A DNA stretch of 64,000 bases from Acidobacteriota bacterium (GTDB lineage: Bacteria > Acidobacteriota > Vicinamibacteria > Vicinamibacterales > SCN-69-37): contig JADJUS010000004.1 in assembly GCA_016716905.1 (NCBI GenBank), positions 1,419,603 through 1,483,602 of the forward strand, read 5' to 3'. Both the position numbers and the translations under genes were made by a program. The notes under the pieces are model-generated. The model had not been told where the DNA came from, searched no databases, and saw only the letters and a program-made list of their open reading frames with translations. Positions within the stretch are counted from its first letter, which is position 1. Every line of letters begins with the position of its first letter. Positions 44,737-51,856 of this stretch are shown here, in pieces.

Positions 44737-45786
44737 GTGCCCAATCTTGACGTGGCCGCCCTTCGTAAACATCTGGCGGCCCGGACGCTGAGCCGCGTGT
44801 ACGTCTTCCTCGGCGAAGACGTGAAACTTGTGGATGCGATGGTGGATGCCGTGGAGGCCACCGTGGACGTCGCTGACCGGCCATTTGCCGTAGACCGCGT
44901 GTATGCCGGCGAAAACGGCGGCGCGCCGGTGGACATCGCGGCGTCCTGCCGCAGCCTGCCCATGCTCGGCGATCGCCGCCTCGTCATTGTCATGCGTGCC
45001 GAACGGTTGTTGAAGCCCAAGCGAGCCGGCAAGGCGACCGACGAGGAAGAAGAGGTGGAAGACACGCCCGCGGACGGGGAGAGCGCAGCCACAGACCTCA
45101 CACCGCTGGAAGACTACGTGGCCGCTCCCTCGGAGTTTGCGACGCTGGTGTTTGTGGCGACTGAAATCGATCGGACGCGCCGGTTCACCAAGAAACTGAT
45201 CGAGAAGGCGCAGGTGGTGGAGTTCAAGGGGATCCGCGCCGAGGCACGATCCGGTCCCGCTGGAGCGAATGCCGCGATGGCGCAGGCGCGGACGTTTGTG
45301 CAGGACGAGATGACACGCGAGGGCCGGACCATGGAACCGGCTGCCGTGGCAATGCTCACCAGGCGCTCGGGCGCTGACATCTCCAAGTTGAGAGGCGACA
45401 TCGAGCGGCTGCTGCTCTTTGTGGCCGGGCGGAAGGCCATCACCGTGGCTGACGTGGAGAGTGTGGCGTCCGACGGCGCCACGGTTCAGGACGACTGGGC
45501 CGTGACCAACGCCATCAGCGCCGGTGATGCGGCGCTGGGGTTGAGGGAGTTGGCGCTGCGTTTCGAGCGCGGCGATTCGCCTCACGGCATCGTGGGGCAG
45601 TTGCGGTGGTGGGTGTCGAACCAGTTGGCGTCTGGCGCGCCCGATCGCGTCAAGCCTGCCCTGGATGCGCTGTTGCGCACCGACCTGGCGCTCAAAAGCT
45701 CAGGAGGGGAGGACCAGGTGCTGCTTGAGCGCCTGGTGGTGGAACTGACCGGGCGACCGCTTACGCGGTCGCGGTCTTCTTGGTGA
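44737..45786 (+). CDS. holA: DNA polymerase III delta subunit HolA
   Basis: The VYVFLGEDVKLVD N-terminus and the PMLGDRRLVIV and C-terminal GQLRWW motifs are delta-like. Synteny after lptE. GTG start. The 3' end overlaps the convergent rpsT by 26 nt. Confidence 0.75.
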   Translation: MPNLDVAALRKHLAARTLSRVYVFLGEDVKLVDAMVDAVEATVDVADRPFAVDRVYAGENGGAPVDIAASCRSLPMLGDRRLVIVMRAERLLKPKRAGKATDEEEEVEDTPADGESAATDLTPLEDYVAAPSEFATLVFVATEIDRTRRFTKKLIEKAQVVEFKGIRAEARSGPAGANAAMAQARTFVQDEMTREGRTMEPAAVAMLTRRSGADISKLRGDIERLLLFVAGRKAITVADVESVASDGATVQDDWAVTNAISAGDAALGLRELALRFERGDSPHGIVGQLRWWVSNQLASGAPDRVKPALDALLRTDLALKSSGGEDQVLLERLVVELTGRPLTRSRSSW

Positions 45787-46036
45787 GCTTCTTGACGATC
45801 CGCGACTTGTAACGGCCGGCCGTGTTGTCGTGGATGATCTTCTTCGCCGACATCTTGTCGATCAGCGAGAAGGTCTTGCTGAGCGAGGCCTTGGCGGCTG
45901 CGGTGTCGCCCGAGTCAATGGCCGCGCGGATGGCCTTGAGGCCGCTCCGGAGCTTCGATCGGAGTTCGCGGTTGTGTTCGGTGCGCTTGATGGTCTGGCG
46001 ATTGGCTTTTACCGCCGATTTGTGTCGAGTGGCCAC
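45761..46036 (-). CDS. rpsT: 30S ribosomal protein S20
   Basis: MATRHKSAVKANRQTIKRTEHNRELRSKLR is a typical S20 N-terminus. Confidence 0.9.
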   Translation of the reverse strand: MATRHKSAVKANRQTIKRTEHNRELRSKLRSGLKAIRAAIDSGDTAAAKASLSKTFSLIDKMSAKKIIHDNTAGRYKSRIVKKLTKKTATA

Positions 46037-46110
46037 TGCTGGAAAACCTCACTTATTGGGATCCTGACGTGGACCCGAAACATCGAAGTATACCATTGCT
46101 GGCCCCACTC

Positions 46111-46539
46111 CTAGCCCCACCCGGACCCCTCGCCGCCCTCCTTGGCCTGGCGTAGGCGCCGTTTCTCGCGTTTTCCAGGGGCCACCTCCGGGCCGCGGGT
46201 GCGCTGGGGGCCGGCCAGCCGGGCCATTTCCAGCATGGCCTTCACCTGGGGTGAGGGCTCGGGTGTGACGTCTTCGTAGAGCGCCCTGGCCAGAGCCTTG
46301 GCCATGTGGTGGCTGGCCAGGCCCAGCACGATCACCCGCTGGCGCACTCCGCGGGGCCGCGAAACCTCCACCACGTCGCCGAGCCTGAGCGGCCGCTGCG
46401 CTTTTGCCGGCTGGCCGTTGACCTCCACCTTGCCGCCCTTGCAGGCCCGTTGCGCTTCCGACCGCGTCTTGCACAAACACGCCACGTCCAGCCAGACATC
46501 GAGGCGGCAGGGGGTGCTGATTTCGGGATCGGGGCTCAT
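46111..46539 (-). CDS. S4-domain RNA-binding protein (Hsp15/HslR-like)
   Basis: RLDVWLDVACLCKTRSEAQRACKGGKVEVNGQPAK S4 motif with a basic C-terminal tail. Confidence 0.7.
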   Translation of the reverse strand: MSPDPEISTPCRLDVWLDVACLCKTRSEAQRACKGGKVEVNGQPAKAQRPLRLGDVVEVSRPRGVRQRVIVLGLASHHMAKALARALYEDVTPEPSPQVKAMLEMARLAGPQRTRGPEVAPGKREKRRLRQAKEGGEGSGWG

Positions 46540-46541
46540 AA

Positions 46542-46625
46542 GGGGACGGGTGTCTACCTGTGGAAAACTCCCGGAACAACGTTACCCGAGTTCCCGGAGT
46601 TTTCCACAGGTAGACACCCGTCCCC
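46542..46625. repeat. 84-nt hairpin element, variant arm GGGGACGGGTGTCTACCTGTGGAAAA
   Basis: About a 35-bp stem with one mismatch and a 14-nt loop. The arms differ from the other copies by GAT>TAC on the left and the complementary ATC>GTA on the right. Confidence 0.85.
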
Positions 46626-46651
46626 CTCTCATTCGAGATCCAGGAAGAGAG

Positions 46652-46722
46652 GGGGACGGGTGTCGATCTGTGGAAAACTCGCCGGTTGAAAACGAGTTTC
46701 CCACAGATCGACACCCGTCCCC
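46652..46722. repeat. 71-nt hairpin element, arm GGGGACGGGTGTCGATCTGTGGAAAA
   Basis: 30-bp stem with one mismatch and an 11-nt loop (ccggttgaaaa). It ends 15 nt before the M14 peptidase ATG. Confidence 0.85.
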
Positions 46723-46737
46723 TTTATCATTTGGGTC

Positions 46738-49536
46738 ATGGCCAAGAGACTGCTGCTCGGACTGCTCCTGATCGCAAGTTCTTATGGCGCCACCCCGCAG
46801 GCCCAGACGCGACCGGCGTCAGGAATCACATCTCCGGCGGCCGAGTTTGGCCACGCGTTTGGCGACGACTACTTCCTGGCCACCTACCGGCAGATCGAGG
46901 CGTATTGGCGGAAGCTCGACCGCGAGTCGGACCGGATGGTTCTTGAGGACATCGGCAAGACGGCCGAGGGCCGCTCGCAACTGATGGCCATTGTCACCTC
47001 ACCGGCCAATCACAAGAACCTCGCGCGCTACAAAGAGATCTCGCGTCGCCTGGCGTTGGCCGAAAACCTGACCGATGAACAGGCGCGCGCCCTCGCGAAG
47101 GAAGGCAAGGCCGTGGTCTGGATTGACGGCGGCCTGCACGCCACTGAGACACTCGGCGCACAGCAACTGGGCGAGATGGTCTACCAGATGGTCAGCCGCA
47201 ATGACGAGGAAACGCTGCGGATACTGGACGACGTGATCATTTTGTTTGTGCATGCGAATCCGGACGGCAACGATCTTGTGGCCGACTGGTACATGCGGGC
47301 ATCCGATCCCAACGAGCGCAGCCTGGCGAATCTGCCGCGGCTCTACCAGAAGTACATCGGACACGACAACAACCGCGACTTCTTCGCGTCCACGCAACCC
47401 GAAACCGAGAACATGAACCGCGTGCTCTATCACGAGTGGTTCCCGCAGATTCTCTACAACCACCATCAGAGCGGGCCGGCGGGCACCATTCTGTGGTCAC
47501 CGCCGCTGCGCGATCCGTTCAACTACAACCAGGATCCGCTGCTGGTGCTCGGCCTGCAGACGGTCGGGCTTGCGCTGCACACGCGCCTGGCCGCTGAAGG
47601 CAAGCCGGGCGCGACCATGCGATCGGGTGGTCCGTACGACGGCTGGTGGAACGGCGGCATCCGCAACACCGCCGCGTTCCACAACACCATTGCGATCCTC
47701 ACGGAGATGATCGGCAGCCCCACGCCGATGCGCGTGCCGCTCGTGATGGAGCGGCAGCTGCCCACCAGTGACCTGACGTTTCCCGTGGCGCCGCAGGAAT
47801 GGAGATTCCGACAGTCGATCGACTATTCGGTAGCCTGTAACCGCGGCGTGCTCGACAGCGCATCACGGATGAAGGAAAACTATTTGTACAACCGCTACGT
47901 GATGGGGAAAAACTCGATCCAGCGCGGCAGTGAGGATTCGTGGACGCCGCGGCCTCACCGGTATGCGGATGTCGCGCGCGAATTCGCCTCGAGTCCGGCC
48001 GGGCGAGCGGCTGGTGCCGGCAGAGGTGGCGGACGCGGCGGCGCCTCGCCCGAGGCTGATGCAGCGCTCTGGGCCGCGCTCCGCAAGCCCGAATACCGCG
48101 ACCCGCGCGGTTACATCCTGCCCTCGAACCAGCCGGACTTTCCGACGGCCGTCGAGTTCATCAATGCGCTGCGCGAGGTCGGCATCAAAGTGCATCGCGC
48201 GACATCGTCGTTCACGGTGGCCGGCAAAACGTATCCGCCAGGTTCCCTCGTCGTCATGACCAACCAGGCGTTTCGGCCGCACGTGATCGACATGTTCGAG
48301 CCCCAGGATCATCCCGACAATATTCCGTCTCCGGGCGCGCCGCCCACGCCGCCGTATGACAGCGCAGGATGGACGCTGGCGTACCAGACGGGCATCGAAT
48401 TCGATCGCATCCTCGACGGATTCACCGGGCCGTTTGAAGAAGTCAAAGACTGGAACATCGCGTTTCTCAAGGGGACGATGCCGGCTTCCCTGGCCGGCGG
48501 ATACCTGCTGAGCCGCGAGGTGCTTAATTCATTTGCCGCCGTGAATCAGTTGACCGCCGGAGGCGCCAGTGGCGTGTCAGTCACGACGGGGCCAGTGACG
48601 GTGGACGGCAAAGTGTTTCCTGCAGGCACGTTCCATGTGGCAGAGAGCCAGCGCACGAGATTGGAAGCAGTCCTCGGGCCCCTTGGGATGCACGCGGTGC
48701 CCTTCGGAATGAAGATGAACGTTCTGGCGCCAGTGCGCGCCCCACGCGTCGGACTGTGGGATCAATACGGCGGTTCGATGCCTGCCGGATGGACGCGCTG
48801 GATTCTGGAGCAGTTCACGTTCGACTTCACTCGAGTGTTCGCACCTCGGCTCGACGCGGGCAATCTCAACGCCGACTTCGACGTGCTGGTGTTTGTGTCC
48901 GGCGCCATTCCGGGAACCGGTGCCGGCGGAGGGCGCGCAGGCGGGGCGGGCCGCGGCGGTGCCGCAGGGCCGGCGCCAAACATCCCGGCAGAATACCGCG
49001 ATCAAGTCGGAAGCATCTCGGCCCGCACCATTGCGCAGCTGCGCCAGTTTGTCGAAAACGGCGGTCGCATTGTGGCGATTGGCAGTTCGGCGACCAACCT
49101 CGCGCAACATCTCGGCCTTCCCATTGAAAACCACCTGACCGAGCCTGGAAGCGCGCCCGGCGCGCCGCCGCAAGCGCTGCCACGCACCAAGTACTACGTG
49201 CCCGGATCGGTGCTGGGAGCGCGAGTTGACACGACGAGTCCGCTGGCCGCCGGCATGAAGGAGCGAACCGACTTCTTCTTCGACAACAGTCCTGTCTGGA
49301 GACTGGCTCCCGACGCCGCCTCAAAGGGCGTGATGCCCGTCGCGTGGTTCGATTCGCCGGCGCCCCTGCGCAGCGGCTGGGCATGGGGCCAGGACTATCT
49401 CGACAAGGGCGTCATCGCGATAGACGCGCAGGTGGGCAAGGGGCGTGTGTTCCTCTTTGGCCCCGAAATCCTGATGCGCGCGCAGCCCCGTGGTACGTTC
49501 AAGTTCCTCTTCAACGCGATCTATTGGGGGCAGTGA
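46738..49536 (+). CDS. M14-family zinc carboxypeptidase-like protein with a large C-terminal extension
   Basis: Signal peptide MAKRLLLGLLLIASSYG. HxxE zinc motif in VWIDGGLHATETLG, and ANPDGN. 932 aa. Confidence 0.75.
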   Translation: MAKRLLLGLLLIASSYGATPQAQTRPASGITSPAAEFGHAFGDDYFLATYRQIEAYWRKLDRESDRMVLEDIGKTAEGRSQLMAIVTSPANHKNLARYKEISRRLALAENLTDEQARALAKEGKAVVWIDGGLHATETLGAQQLGEMVYQMVSRNDEETLRILDDVIILFVHANPDGNDLVADWYMRASDPNERSLANLPRLYQKYIGHDNNRDFFASTQPETENMNRVLYHEWFPQILYNHHQSGPAGTILWSPPLRDPFNYNQDPLLVLGLQTVGLALHTRLAAEGKPGATMRSGGPYDGWWNGGIRNTAAFHNTIAILTEMIGSPTPMRVPLVMERQLPTSDLTFPVAPQEWRFRQSIDYSVACNRGVLDSASRMKENYLYNRYVMGKNSIQRGSEDSWTPRPHRYADVAREFASSPAGRAAGAGRGGGRGGASPEADAALWAALRKPEYRDPRGYILPSNQPDFPTAVEFINALREVGIKVHRATSSFTVAGKTYPPGSLVVMTNQAFRPHVIDMFEPQDHPDNIPSPGAPPTPPYDSAGWTLAYQTGIEFDRILDGFTGPFEEVKDWNIAFLKGTMPASLAGGYLLSREVLNSFAAVNQLTAGGASGVSVTTGPVTVDGKVFPAGTFHVAESQRTRLEAVLGPLGMHAVPFGMKMNVLAPVRAPRVGLWDQYGGSMPAGWTRWILEQFTFDFTRVFAPRLDAGNLNADFDVLVFVSGAIPGTGAGGGRAGGAGRGGAAGPAPNIPAEYRDQVGSISARTIAQLRQFVENGGRIVAIGSSATNLAQHLGLPIENHLTEPGSAPGAPPQALPRTKYYVPGSVLGARVDTTSPLAAGMKERTDFFFDNSPVWRLAPDAASKGVMPVAWFDSPAPLRSGWAWGQDYLDKGVIAIDAQVGKGRVFLFGPEILMRAQPRGTFKFLFNAIYWGQ

Positions 49537-50051
49537 TGATTGTCAGGCGAGTCTTTCAGGCGGCCGTGGCCGGCGCGATCTGCGTTGCGTTGGGCGCGTG
49601 CGACCAGCCGAAGCCGCGCACCGACATCGCCGACCTCGGCTTCATCGTCAAGGACATGCACGGCACCGAGGTGAAGCTGTCGGACTATCGGGGCCGGCCG
49701 CTCATCGTGAATTTCTGGTTCGTCAATTGCCCGCCATGCCGCAAGGAAACGCCTGCGTTTGTGGACCTGGTGAAGAAGTACGGCGACAAGGGATTCACCG
49801 TGCTGGGTCTCTCGGTGCAGGATTCGCCGGAGGCGATGCGTGCGTTCGCTGAGGAGTTCAAGGTCAACTATCCGCTGTTCGAAGCTCAGGGCCGCGACGA
49901 CATCACCGAGGCGTATCGTGCGACGTTTGCGTACCCCGTGTCGTGGTTCGTGAGGCGCGACGGCACGGTGTTCCTGAAACACCTGGGCACGGGCACTGCC
50001 GAGTGGTTCGAGACGCAGGTGCTGGCGATCCTGGATGAGAGTGTGCCCTGA
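49536..50051 (+). CDS. TlpA/ResA-like thiol:disulfide oxidoreductase lipoprotein
   Basis: Lipobox VALGAC. Thioredoxin-fold motif LIVNFWFVNCPPCRKETP. The ATG overlaps the upstream stop (TGATG). Confidence 0.8.
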   Translation: MIVRRVFQAAVAGAICVALGACDQPKPRTDIADLGFIVKDMHGTEVKLSDYRGRPLIVNFWFVNCPPCRKETPAFVDLVKKYGDKGFTVLGLSVQDSPEAMRAFAEEFKVNYPLFEAQGRDDITEAYRATFAYPVSWFVRRDGTVFLKHLGTGTAEWFETQVLAILDESVP

Positions 50052-50470
50052 TGACCACACAAACCCTGCTGTCCTCCATCTTCGTCGCCATCGCATTTGC
50101 TGCGTGGCCGCTCATCGGGCGCCAGGCCCTGGTGTCAGGGGCCTGGATGGCGACCGTCGTGATGATTGGTTCGGCCATCTCGGTCACGCTGCTCTCGTCC
50201 ACGCAACTGACTGGATGGCCCTCGACACGTGCCTTGTGGATTCTGGGGGCCGCGGCGATCGTGAACGGCCTGGCGGTGTTTGTCTATTCGGCGAGCGTGG
50301 CCAATCCGGCCGTGCCCGCCGGCCCATTTATCGTGGTGGTCTCAGTGCTGCAGGTGGCAGCCGTGCCATTTCTTGCCTGGGTCATGCCCGACGGCCAGGC
50401 GCCATCCCTGCGGCAGGCTGCGGGGTTTGCATTCGCTGCGGTCGCTGTCTACCTGCTCGCAAAGAACTGA
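50051..50470 (+). CDS. Small integral membrane protein (4 predicted TM helices; DMT/EamA-like half-size)
   Basis: 139 aa, hydrophobic throughout. 1-nt overlap with the upstream stop. Confidence 0.5.
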   Translation: MTTQTLLSSIFVAIAFAAWPLIGRQALVSGAWMATVVMIGSAISVTLLSSTQLTGWPSTRALWILGAAAIVNGLAVFVYSASVANPAVPAGPFIVVVSVLQVAAVPFLAWVMPDGQAPSLRQAAGFAFAAVAVYLLAKN

Positions 50471-50483
50471 ACGGAGTCCTCTG

Positions 50484-51125
50484 TTGTCGCTTCCGGAAGT
50501 CATCCTGTTTTCCACTGCGATGCTCGCCATCGTCAATCCCCTGGGATCGGCGGTGCTGTTTGCGGCGCTGGCAGGGAAATTTGATCCGGGCATTCAGCGG
50601 CGCATGGCGAATTCGAGCGCGCTGGCGGTCCTCATCATCCTGCTGGTCTGCGCGTGGCTCGGCAACTCCATCCTCGGCTTGATGGGGTTGACGACGCCGA
50701 TGTTGCAGGCGGCGGGCGGCATCATCCTGCTCAACTACGGCCTGCGAATGGTGACGGTGGAGGATGTGAAACTGACGCAGAGCGAACGCGACTCTGCCGG
50801 CGACATCAGCGAGGAACACTGGAAGGCGCTGGCCGTGGTACCGCTGGCGATTCCTGGAACCGTGGGCGCCGGCACGATCACCACGGTCATCATTCAGGCG
50901 AGCACGTTTGACAGTGCGCGCGACCTGCTGGTGATCTCTGGCGTGTCCCTGGGCATTGCGCTGTTGATGTGGATCACGTTCCACTCGGCCGGTCCCATCG
51001 CGCGCAGACTCGGCCCGATCGGAATGAACATCATCTCGCGCGTGATGGGCATTCTGGTGACCGCCACCGCCTTCGGCTTGCTGGGCAAGGGGGTCGGCGG
51101 CCTGTTGCCCGGTCTGGCAAAATAG
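50484..51125 (+). CDS. MarC family (UPF0056) integral membrane protein
   Basis: LAIVNPLGSAVLFAAL N-terminal motif and the PLAIPGTVGAGTITT motif typical of MarC. TTG at 50484 is proposed as the start; the track ATG at 50280 overlaps the upstream gene in another frame. Confidence 0.7.
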   Translation: MSLPEVILFSTAMLAIVNPLGSAVLFAALAGKFDPGIQRRMANSSALAVLIILLVCAWLGNSILGLMGLTTPMLQAAGGIILLNYGLRMVTVEDVKLTQSERDSAGDISEEHWKALAVVPLAIPGTVGAGTITTVIIQASTFDSARDLLVISGVSLGIALLMWITFHSAGPIARRLGPIGMNIISRVMGILVTATAFGLLGKGVGGLLPGLAK

Positions 51126-51126
51126 C

Positions 51127-51246
51127 GAGAACGACCTCAGTGCCAAAACGACCTCTGACTGGCAAAACGACCTCTGAGGTAATTACCGACGACAATTGCC
51201 GGTAATTACCTCAGAGGTCGTTTTGGTTTCAGAGGTCGTTTTGTTT
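51127..51246. repeat. Nested palindromic structure made of five AACGACCTC(T/A)G-core copies
   Basis: Perfect 26-nt arms CAAAACGACCTCTGAGGTAATTACCG (51163-51188) and CGGTAATTACCTCAGAGGTCGTTTTG (51200-51225) with an 11-nt spacer. Further half-copies lie outside on both sides. Confidence 0.85.
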
Positions 51247-51330
51247 TGAGCCATTTTCGCCATTTTGATGTACCCAACGGCCCACCGCCGGCGGGTGTCT
51301 GGGTATCGTCGTCGGGGAGGTGTGCCTGGG

Positions 51331-51849
51331 ATGCGCAGTCGGGTTGAGGCGGGATTCACACTCGTCGAGTTGCTGGTGGTGGTGGCCATCATCGGCATTC
51401 TGGCGGCCATTGCGGTGCCCAGCCTGTTGCGCGCGCGAATGTCAGGCAACGAGGTGTCCGCGGTCAGCGCCATGAGAGTCATCAACCTCAGCCAGCTGCA
51501 GTACACGTCGAGTTGTGGCAACGACGGATACGCCGTGTCGTTTCCAGCCCTGGCGGCTATCCCGCCTGGCGCGACACAGGCGTTCATTCCGGGCGAACTG
51601 GCGGCGCCAGTGCCACTCAAGGCGGGCTATACGTTTGCCCTCGCTGCTGGTGTGGGGGCGATAGCCGGCGTCGCCGACTGCAACGGCACGCCGACCCAGA
51701 CGGCCTATTACGCCTCTGCGGTGCCCCAGCTATTTGGTTCTACGGGCGGGTGGTCGTACGCCACCAGCCAGGACAACACAGTCTGGCGCGCCTTCGCGGC
51801 CATCGCGCCGGCGGAGCCGTTCGGAGCGCCGGCCGTTCCGATTGGATGA
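51331..51849 (+). CDS. Type IV pilin / type II secretion pseudopilin-like protein (prepilin-type N-terminal cleavage/methylation domain)
   Basis: MRSRVEAG/FTLVELLVVVAIIGILAAIAVP class III signal. GGGGAGG Shine-Dalgarno 10 nt upstream of the ATG at 51331. Confidence 0.8.
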   Translation: MRSRVEAGFTLVELLVVVAIIGILAAIAVPSLLRARMSGNEVSAVSAMRVINLSQLQYTSSCGNDGYAVSFPALAAIPPGATQAFIPGELAAPVPLKAGYTFALAAGVGAIAGVADCNGTPTQTAYYASAVPQLFGSTGGWSYATSQDNTVWRAFAAIAPAEPFGAPAVPIG

Positions 51850-51856
51850 CACGAGC

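Noticed and set aside
45761-45786. A 26-nt overlap of the convergent holA and rpsT 3' ends
   Set aside because: It is probably trivial. The holA tail (LTRSRSSW) is unconserved-looking and simply runs to the first stop, and no structure or repeat is associated with it.
46049-46714. A 221-aa minus-strand ORF and several 60-64-aa ORFs beginning MSICGK (41419-41604, 41485-41679) within the palindromic elements
   Set aside because: They are translations of the repeat arms (hence the recurring MSICGK and STDRHPSP strings). They overlap the S4-domain gene in another frame and have no start signals.
41477-46722. Repeated 26-nt GGGGACGGGTGTCGATCTGTGGAAAA sequences that could be mistaken for CRISPR repeats
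   Set aside because: The copies occur as inverted pairs forming hairpins, not as direct repeats with unique spacers. Only three elements are present, at two loci 5 kb apart. No cas genes or leader are present.
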